This document shows, one piece after another, positions 10,523-17,104 of a stretch of 53,079 nt of DNA (position 1 is its first letter; each line of letters begins with the position of its first letter). Made by a program: the position numbers and the translations under genes. This stretch comes from an uncultured Spirochaetales bacterium. Its GTDB lineage: Bacteria > Spirochaetota > Spirochaetia > SPDA01 > CAZSGZ01. Location of the stretch: positions 1 to 53,079 of the forward strand of contig CAZSGZ010000001.1 of NCBI GenBank assembly GCA_964606455.1. The letters are read 5' to 3'. Below the pieces are notes generated by a model that made no database searches, had not been told where the DNA came from, and saw only the letters and a list, made by a program, of their open reading frames with translations.

Positions 10523-10578
10523 CGAACCGACCTATTATTAGATATTTTAGAGTTAAAGAAGTTTATAAGGAGTCTTGT

Positions 10579-11319
10579 ATGAGCGACACAGCAGATAATG
10601 CCGCTACCGCCGCTGAAAATACAGGCGGAGGGGCCGGGTCAGGGACATCTTCAATTAGAAGAAGTTCTTCAAGTTCGAGGAGCAAGAAGAAGAAGAAAAA
10701 TCAGCTTCCCTTCGGCTTTTTGTCTTTCATCGTTCTTATTGCCGTCGGAATCCTGCTGCTGACCTTTTCCCAGCAGCTTGGTCTTTTTTGGTTTCTCGGT
10801 CTTGCCTTCGGGTTCATCCTGCAGAAGGCCCGTTTCTGTTTCACGGCCTCACTGCGTGATCCGTATTTAACCGGAGGTACAAACCTTACAAAGGCGGTAC
10901 TCATTGCCTTCGCGATTACGTCAATTGGTTTTACGGCCATAAAGTACGGTGCGGCATCGAGGGGACTGCCGATTCCCGGCATGAGCTATGTCGTTCCCGT
11001 AAGCGGAGCTACGGCTGTCGGCGCCTTTATGTTCGGAATCGGAATGGTTATTTCCGGAGGATGCGCGTCGGGAACGCTCATGCGTGTGGGGGAGGGCTTT
11101 ACCATGCAGATGCTTTCCATTGTCTTTTTTATTGCGGGTTCCCTGTGGGGGGCGCATGACTTTGGTTTTTGGAAATATAACGTCATCTTGCGGGGCAAAG
11201 CGGTCTTCCTTCCGGATGTTTTCGGCTGGATGGGGGCGATTGCAATTCAGCTTGTATTTATTGCCTTCCTTTTTGTTATGGCCGACAGGTGGGCAAACAG
11301 AAAACAACAGGAAAGTTAA
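10579..11319 (+). CDS. YeeE/YedE-family sulfur (thiosulfate) transporter, N-terminal half, with Ser/Lys-rich N-terminal extension
   Basis: Polytopic membrane protein. Conserved Cys motifs are ARFCFTA and SGGCASGTLMR. SD AAGGAG lies 7 nt upstream of the start. Confidence 0.85.
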   Translation: MSDTADNAATAAENTGGGAGSGTSSIRRSSSSSRSKKKKKNQLPFGFLSFIVLIAVGILLLTFSQQLGLFWFLGLAFGFILQKARFCFTASLRDPYLTGGTNLTKAVLIAFAITSIGFTAIKYGAASRGLPIPGMSYVVPVSGATAVGAFMFGIGMVISGGCASGTLMRVGEGFTMQMLSIVFFIAGSLWGAHDFGFWKYNVILRGKAVFLPDVFGWMGAIAIQLVFIAFLFVMADRWANRKQQES

Positions 11320-11361
11320 TAAAGTATTATTAATAAAAATTTTTAGTAGAAGGAGAAAAAA

Positions 11362-11589
11362 ATGGCAGAATTTGAACTTGATTGCTACGGCGAAGCTTGT
11401 CCGGTACCGTTGGTAAAGGCGCAGAACAAACTAAAGGAAATGGCTGTTAATGATGTTCTTATTGTACAGATCGATCACAGCTGTGCCATGAAAAATGTAC
11501 CTGAATGGGCGCGAAAAGAGGGACACAACGTCGAAGTTGAAGAAATTGATGACGGCGAATGGGAAGTTATCATCGAAAAACTGAAATAA
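11362..11589 (+). CDS. TusA/YeeD-like sulfurtransferase (SirA family)
   Basis: 75 aa. The active-site CPxP motif (GEACPVPLVKA) is near the N-terminus. Strong SD GAAGGAGA. Confidence 0.88.
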   Translation: MAEFELDCYGEACPVPLVKAQNKLKEMAVNDVLIVQIDHSCAMKNVPEWARKEGHNVEVEEIDDGEWEVIIEKLK

Positions 11590-11607
11590 CAATCGGGAGG
11601 TCCGATT

Positions 11608-12141
11608 TTGAAAATTCGGGAAACGAAATTCTATAATGAATGGTTTAAGCAGGCGTGGCCCTATGTAACCGGGGCGGTTTTGCTCTCTTTGTTTCAAATT
11701 GTGACCCTGGCAAGTACCGGAAATCCATGGGGGGTTTCCGGTGTTTTCGCCAATTGGGGGGCATGGATCTACCGTGCATTCGGCGGCTCAGTCGATAAAT
11801 GGTATTATTTTGCAAGCGACGGGGCCCAGGCAACACTCAATGCCGGTTTTCTTCGTGACCCAGGCACAATGCGAAATTTAGGGATAATTTTCGGCGCCCT
11901 CATGGCTACGCTTTTAGCATCTCAGTTTAAGATTAAAAAATTGAAATCCTGGAAACAGGTAATTGCGGCCGTATTAGGCGGACTGCTGATGGGCTACGGG
12001 GCAAGGATCGGGTTCGGTTGTAATATCGGTGCTCTTTACAGCGGTATTTCATCACTTTCTCTTTCCGGATGGGCTTACGCCCTCTTCCTGTTTCTTGGAG
12101 CGATAATCGGCAGCAAACTGCTGGTTAAATATTTTATGTAA
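11608..12141 (+). CDS. YeeE/YedE-family sulfur transporter, C-terminal half
   Basis: 177-aa membrane protein with the GFGCNIGALYSG motif. TTG start at 11608 follows SD GGGAGG (11595-11600). Confidence 0.82.
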   Translation: MKIRETKFYNEWFKQAWPYVTGAVLLSLFQIVTLASTGNPWGVSGVFANWGAWIYRAFGGSVDKWYYFASDGAQATLNAGFLRDPGTMRNLGIIFGALMATLLASQFKIKKLKSWKQVIAAVLGGLLMGYGARIGFGCNIGALYSGISSLSLSGWAYALFLFLGAIIGSKLLVKYFM

Positions 12142-12158
12142 CGAAAGCGGAGTTAAAA

Positions 12159-13394
12159 ATGGCACGAGAAAAAAAAGTTGAACAGTACGATGTTGTGATA
12201 ATCGGCGGCGGCGCCGGCGGACTTACCGCCGGAATTTACTGCGGCCGGGCACAGCTGAAAACAATTATTATTGAAAAAGCGCTGGTAGGAGGTCTTGCCA
12301 CCTACACGAACGAGATTGAAAACTATCCGGGTTTTCCGGAAGGGTCCACCGGTCTCGGCCTTATGGAGCTTTTTCAGAAGCAGGCAAAAAAATTCGGCGT
12401 CGATTTCAAATTGACGGACGTTAAAACCGTCGATCTTAAAGGTGAAGTAAAGGTTGTCGAAACTTTCCGGAACCGGTACGAGGCAAAGGTAGTAATTATA
12501 GCTACCGGCGGACGGCCCCGGGTTACCAATGCCCAGGATGAGGAGAAATATCTCTTTGACAAGGGTATTTCTTTCTGCGCCACGTGCGACGCCGCGGCGA
12601 ATACGGGAAAAGAGGTTATGGTCATCGGTTCAGGTGACGCCGCGATTGAAGAAGGAATGTTCCTGACGAAGTTCGCGAAAAAGGTGTACGTTTCCGTTAT
12701 GCACGACACCGGTAAAATGGACTGTAACGAAATTGCGCGGGACGAGGCGTTAAAAAACGAGAAGATGGAATTTCTCTGGAATACCGTGGTACAACGGTTT
12801 GAAGGGGAAGACCACCTGGAACGGGTAGTACTGAAAAACCTTAAAACCGGCAACGAGGAACCCGTTACCGTCGACACATGTTTTGAGTTTATCGGATATC
12901 TTCCCAACTCGGAACTGCTCGAAGGACAGGTAAACATTACCGAAAAAGGATATGTCGAGGTCAACGAGCGGATGGAAACCAACGTCGAAGGTGTTTTCTC
13001 CGTAGGCGATATTAACGATAAATTTTTAAAACAGGTCGCGACGGCTGTCGGTGACGGAGCGATCGCGGGATACGGAGCCGAAAAATACATCGCGGAAACC
13101 GAGGTTTTTCACAGTCAGGTTATGCGGCATGACATGCCCGTGGCGGCATTTGTTTTCGATGCATCATGTTCTAACTGCAGGGAAAAGCTGCCCGTAATGG
13201 AATATGTGGAGAAAGAAAGCAACGGACGCTACAAGGTCGTGAAAATCGATGTGTACAAGTCGAGAGGCTTAGCAGACCGACTAAAAATTAAAAAGTTCCC
13301 CACCGTAGCGATTATTAAAGACGGTCAAATAGAAACAATCATCGAAGACAAGAACATCACGGAATCATCCGTGCTTTCCAAACTATTAGCGTAA
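12159..13394 (+). CDS. Thioredoxin-reductase-like flavoprotein fused to a C-terminal thioredoxin-fold domain
   Basis: FAD motif IIGGGAGGLTAG, redox CATC (FCATCDA), second dinucleotide motif GSGDAAIEEG, GD motif FSVGD. The C-terminal ~100 aa has Trx-like CSNC and FPTVAIIKDG. Confidence 0.85.
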   Translation: MAREKKVEQYDVVIIGGGAGGLTAGIYCGRAQLKTIIIEKALVGGLATYTNEIENYPGFPEGSTGLGLMELFQKQAKKFGVDFKLTDVKTVDLKGEVKVVETFRNRYEAKVVIIATGGRPRVTNAQDEEKYLFDKGISFCATCDAAANTGKEVMVIGSGDAAIEEGMFLTKFAKKVYVSVMHDTGKMDCNEIARDEALKNEKMEFLWNTVVQRFEGEDHLERVVLKNLKTGNEEPVTVDTCFEFIGYLPNSELLEGQVNITEKGYVEVNERMETNVEGVFSVGDINDKFLKQVATAVGDGAIAGYGAEKYIAETEVFHSQVMRHDMPVAAFVFDASCSNCREKLPVMEYVEKESNGRYKVVKIDVYKSRGLADRLKIKKFPTVAIIKDGQIETIIEDKNITESSVLSKLLA

Positions 13395-13404
13395 AAAAGA
13401 GAAT

Positions 13405-13444
13405 AAAAAAAAAAGACCCCGAGAAATCGGGGTCTTTTTTTTTA
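13405..13444. terminator. Bidirectional rho-independent terminator between convergent operons
   Basis: 9-bp stem AGACCCCGA(13414-13422)/TCGGGGTCT(13427-13435) with a GAAA tetraloop, flanked by an A10 run upstream and a T9 run downstream. Confidence 0.9.
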
Positions 13445-13456
13445 TCTTCCAGGTTA

Positions 13457-14440
13457 CTATTGGACCACTTCGTAGCCTGCGTTTTTCCAGCCTAAGGGAT
13501 CGTTTGACGGCATCCCAATACCGCCCCGCAAACTGACGGCGTCGTAGCCTAAGAGCCGCAGGCCCGCAACGGTCTGTCCCGCAGTCTGTCCGGTGTAGCA
13601 GTAGGTGATAATTTTTTTGTCCTTCGGCAGGGAGCTGAAAGACTGTTCCATGCCCGCGCCCCATGGAATATTCGAGGCACCGGGAATGTGGCCTTCACCG
13701 TAATGTTGAGCGCTCCGGATTGAAAGGATGTACACATCCTCGTCTTCATCGATCAGTTTTTTCAAGTTGTCTTCACTAATCATGTAATTTTTATAAATCG
13801 TGTCAGCGACTGCTGAAAAACCGGTGTAGTATTCTTTAATTGCCGAAAGAATGTCGGGGTGAATATTCGATCCTTCCGCGGGAAAATCATTCGGTGTTGT
13901 TTCAGTAATGGCTTCATACCCGTCGGCCCTTGAAATACCGTACACCCAGCCGAGATTCACGGAGTAAGCTTCGAAACCGGCAAGGTTCAAGAGCATGACG
14001 GTCTGTCCAGCGGTTTGCCCCGAATAGCAGTATACGTATACGGGCTTGCCGGAGGGGATCTTCGCGAATGCATCGCCTAAGGAAGGACCCCAGGACGCTA
14101 AGACAGCGCCTTTTGCGTGCCCTTTGTCGTACACATCCTGCTGCCGTATGTCGAGAATGAACATATCGTCGCCGTTTTTGACCTTTTCAATAAAATCTTT
14201 CTCGGGGATCTTGTAGTTGTGTCCCGGTTTGTTGGCGAAATATTCCATGACCCCTTCTTCGACGGGGTCTAACTGCGGTGCAGGTTCCTGCTCCGGCGCT
14301 TTTTCAGCCGTGCTTGCCGACTCCTCTTTTGTTTCCGTACCGGCCGCCGCTTTTTCTTCTTTATCACATGCAACGAAGAAAAGTGCGAAGGCGATCATGA
14401 GTACGGTAAGAAGAACTAATAATTTGTTCTTTTTAAACAT
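13457..14440 (-). CDS. Exported tandem-rhodanese lipoprotein (two catalytic rhodanese domains)
   Basis: Signal peptide plus lipobox (LFFVAC). Two active-site loops, VYCYSGQTAGQ and TYCYTGQTAGQ. Start set at MFKKNK (ATG 14440), with GGAGG 11 nt upstream. Confidence 0.8.
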   Translation of the reverse strand: MFKKNKLLVLLTVLMIAFALFFVACDKEEKAAAGTETKEESASTAEKAPEQEPAPQLDPVEEGVMEYFANKPGHNYKIPEKDFIEKVKNGDDMFILDIRQQDVYDKGHAKGAVLASWGPSLGDAFAKIPSGKPVYVYCYSGQTAGQTVMLLNLAGFEAYSVNLGWVYGISRADGYEAITETTPNDFPAEGSNIHPDILSAIKEYYTGFSAVADTIYKNYMISEDNLKKLIDEDEDVYILSIRSAQHYGEGHIPGASNIPWGAGMEQSFSSLPKDKKIITYCYTGQTAGQTVAGLRLLGYDAVSLRGGIGMPSNDPLGWKNAGYEVVQ

Positions 14441-14481
14441 AAAATCTAAAACCTCCATTTATTGATTTCTTATTTGTAGTA

Positions 14482-14510
14482 AATATATCAACTATTACCG
14501 AAAAAGGCAA
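14482..14510 (-). promoter_or_regulatory. Candidate sigma70-type promoter for the 13457-14440 rhodanese gene
   Basis: On the minus strand: TTGCCT (rc of 14505-14510), 17-nt spacer, TATATT (rc of 14482-14487). Confidence 0.45.
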
Positions 14511-14557
14511 GTGTAATGATATTAATTATCATCTGTTTCGGAACGGTCCCGTATCCC

Positions 14558-15466
14558 CTATGAACCGTCCTGGACCGTTGCCTGGACCTCTTCTCCCGAT
14601 GCACGGTATACCGGCAGCGAGCTGTCATCGGACCAGCCGAGCCATGCCGCGTCGTAAATTTTCAGGTTAGGATATCCCGCGTTGTACATGGCGAGAAACG
14701 TTTGTGCCGCACGGATCGAGGATTTGCAGTACATAATTGCCGTGTCCTCCGGTTTAATTCCGGCTTCCCGGTACAGGATACGTATCTGCCGTACGGGCCG
14801 GTATGTTCCGTCCTTGAAATTATTTGACGTGTAATTAATGTGAATCGATCCGGGAATCGTACCGTCGGTATATTCTTCCAAAGTACGGGTATCGATAATA
14901 CAGACATCCGGGTCGGGATCGTCGACTTGATTTTTCACGTCCCCCGTGGAGGCGATATATTCCTTATTTTTTACCGATATGGTGAAAGTCGCCGGCGTGG
15001 TGGCGACGCGGTCCGCGTTTGCTGAAAATCCAGCGGCTTCCAGCGCCTCGAGGCCGCCGCTTACAACTTTCGCCTTTGTGTGACCATAGACGAGAAGGGT
15101 CCACCACAGACGGGCGGCGTCCATATTGTTATTGTTGTCGTAAATAATTACCAGGGTTTCGTTGGAAATACCGCGGAGGCCAAGAATTTCCGCAATTTGC
15201 TGCGAAGACGCGAGCATATTCGGATACGGAGTGTTAACAACGATATGGGATCGGCTGATATTGACGGCCCCGTCGATATGTTTTTCCTTATAGTCCGTTG
15301 ACTGTTGTGTATCTACTAAAACGGTGTTAGCCTGTGATAGAAGTGTGGAAACATCTTCGGCGTCGACGATGTATTCTCCTTTCTGTTTTTCAGGATGACA
15401 GCCGATAAGTGCGGCAAATGAAATACTAATCAGTATCAATAAACAAGCACGGGCAATACGCTTCAC
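14558..15466 (-). CDS. Exported two-domain rhodanese (thiosulfate/3-mercaptopyruvate sulfurtransferase-like) lipoprotein
   Basis: GTG start at 15466 follows SD AAGGAGGA. Lipobox ALIGC. SseA-like two-domain layout with the catalytic loop MYCKSSIRAAQ in the C-terminal domain. Confidence 0.8.
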   Translation of the reverse strand: MKRIARACLLILISISFAALIGCHPEKQKGEYIVDAEDVSTLLSQANTVLVDTQQSTDYKEKHIDGAVNISRSHIVVNTPYPNMLASSQQIAEILGLRGISNETLVIIYDNNNNMDAARLWWTLLVYGHTKAKVVSGGLEALEAAGFSANADRVATTPATFTISVKNKEYIASTGDVKNQVDDPDPDVCIIDTRTLEEYTDGTIPGSIHINYTSNNFKDGTYRPVRQIRILYREAGIKPEDTAIMYCKSSIRAAQTFLAMYNAGYPNLKIYDAAWLGWSDDSSLPVYRASGEEVQATVQDGS

Positions 15467-15526
15467 GATAAATCCTCCTTAGTCTTTTATTTTTATCTTC
15501 TTGTATTTATAATCTGTCTAAACGGC

Positions 15527-17104
15527 ATGGTCAAGTGGCGAAAAGGGCATATAATAATAATCGTTTTCATCATTCTCTACTTTTTTGCTAATCTCCTGTT
15601 TATCGACCGCTTTCCTTTCGTCCATTCCGATGAAACCTGGCTCGCCGGGCTGTCCCGGTATATCCTGCACACGGGGAAACCGGGGCAGACGGAACCGTTT
15701 TTCGATTTGTATGAACGGCATCCCCACGGGCTTCGCGTCCTGTTTCAGGGACTGCAGATCGTAAGTATTAAGCTGTTCGGGTACTCCCTCCGTACCGTCA
15801 GGGGCCTTTCCCTGCTCTTTGCCGCGGCCGCTTTGTATGTGTACTACCGCCTTATTCTCGAAATGAACGGGCGGCGGGGGACAGCGTTTTTTTCCGTGCT
15901 GCTTCTCGCGTTCGGGATACAGTTTCTCTATGCCGGCCGGTTCGGGAGGCAGGAGAGCGTTCTTCTGTTCATTCACCTTCTGTCGCTCTATTTCTTTTTC
16001 AAATCCGTCCGTACCGGGTCAGCGGGGGGTGATGTTCTTGCCGGGACCTGTATTGGTGCCGCAGCGGGGGTACATCCGAACGCGTTCATTTTGCTGCTCC
16101 CTCTGCTGTTCCTGTATGCTTACAGAATCGCGCACTGCAGAGACAAAAAAATCCGAAATTTAATTTATTTTCTTCTTCCCGCCGCCGCCGGTGCCGCCGT
16201 ATTTGTCGGCTTGAGCCTCTATTTTGATCCCCGCTTTGTCCGGCATTACTTTTCCTACGGCAGCACCTTAGGGGTTGATACTTCCCTCTTTACGAAGATA
16301 CGGGCCGTTTCCGATTACTTCTACAAGCTGTTTTTTCAAATAAGCGGTACCTATTACACGCCTTGTATCCGGGTGGAACTGCTTCTCTTCTGCTGCGCCG
16401 GTACCGCGGGCCTCGGGTTTTTTATAGCCGCCCTTGCCGAAGGAAGAAGCACCGGGGACAGATACGCCGTTCCCGCGCAAATATTTCTGGTCCTTTTCGC
16501 GGTACTCGCGGGGATTGTCCTTATCGGCAGATACGGCCAGCCGAGCGTCATTTTCCTGTTTCCCTCGGCCCTGCTGCTCCTCGTGCGCATTCTGTCGATG
16601 CTTCTGAAACGGAAAGCGGTTTTCACGGGACTCCTTATCCTCATGCTGCTGCTGACCGTTGTATCATCAAGCCTGCAGATGCTGCCGTGGCTTGAGAAAA
16701 ACCATTACCGGCAGTACCTCTTAGCAGTAAGCCGGCATGTTCCGGGGGACGCCGTCGTCCTAGCCAATATCAACGCGGAGCCGGCATTTTTGCCGGGGAA
16801 TTTGTACGATTACCGGAACCTAACGTATCTGCGGGAACATGATATCTCCTTTCGGCAGTATATCGAGGAACGGAACATCGAATACATTGTTCTGCCGGAT
16901 GAGATGGAGGTTATTTACAACAGCCGGCCGGTGTGGAACATCATATACGGAAATATATGGCCCTATTATTCAGATATGCTCCGGTTTATTGCCGAAGATG
17001 CCGTGCCGGTCGGTGAGTTTTCCGCACCGGTGTATGCAATGCGGATAGTGCGGTATCAAAATACGGCACCCTGGAAAGTTCGGGTTTACAGGGTTTCTAA
17101 GTAG
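15527..17104 (+). CDS. GT-C fold membrane glycosyltransferase (family 39 / ArnT-PMT-like)
   Basis: 525 aa with about 11-13 hydrophobic helices. An acidic motif sits in the first loop (FVHSDETW) and there is a soluble C-terminal domain. No obvious SD. Confidence 0.6.
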   Translation: MVKWRKGHIIIIVFIILYFFANLLFIDRFPFVHSDETWLAGLSRYILHTGKPGQTEPFFDLYERHPHGLRVLFQGLQIVSIKLFGYSLRTVRGLSLLFAAAALYVYYRLILEMNGRRGTAFFSVLLLAFGIQFLYAGRFGRQESVLLFIHLLSLYFFFKSVRTGSAGGDVLAGTCIGAAAGVHPNAFILLLPLLFLYAYRIAHCRDKKIRNLIYFLLPAAAGAAVFVGLSLYFDPRFVRHYFSYGSTLGVDTSLFTKIRAVSDYFYKLFFQISGTYYTPCIRVELLLFCCAGTAGLGFFIAALAEGRSTGDRYAVPAQIFLVLFAVLAGIVLIGRYGQPSVIFLFPSALLLLVRILSMLLKRKAVFTGLLILMLLLTVVSSSLQMLPWLEKNHYRQYLLAVSRHVPGDAVVLANINAEPAFLPGNLYDYRNLTYLREHDISFRQYIEERNIEYIVLPDEMEVIYNSRPVWNIIYGNIWPYYSDMLRFIAEDAVPVGEFSAPVYAMRIVRYQNTAPWKVRVYRVSK

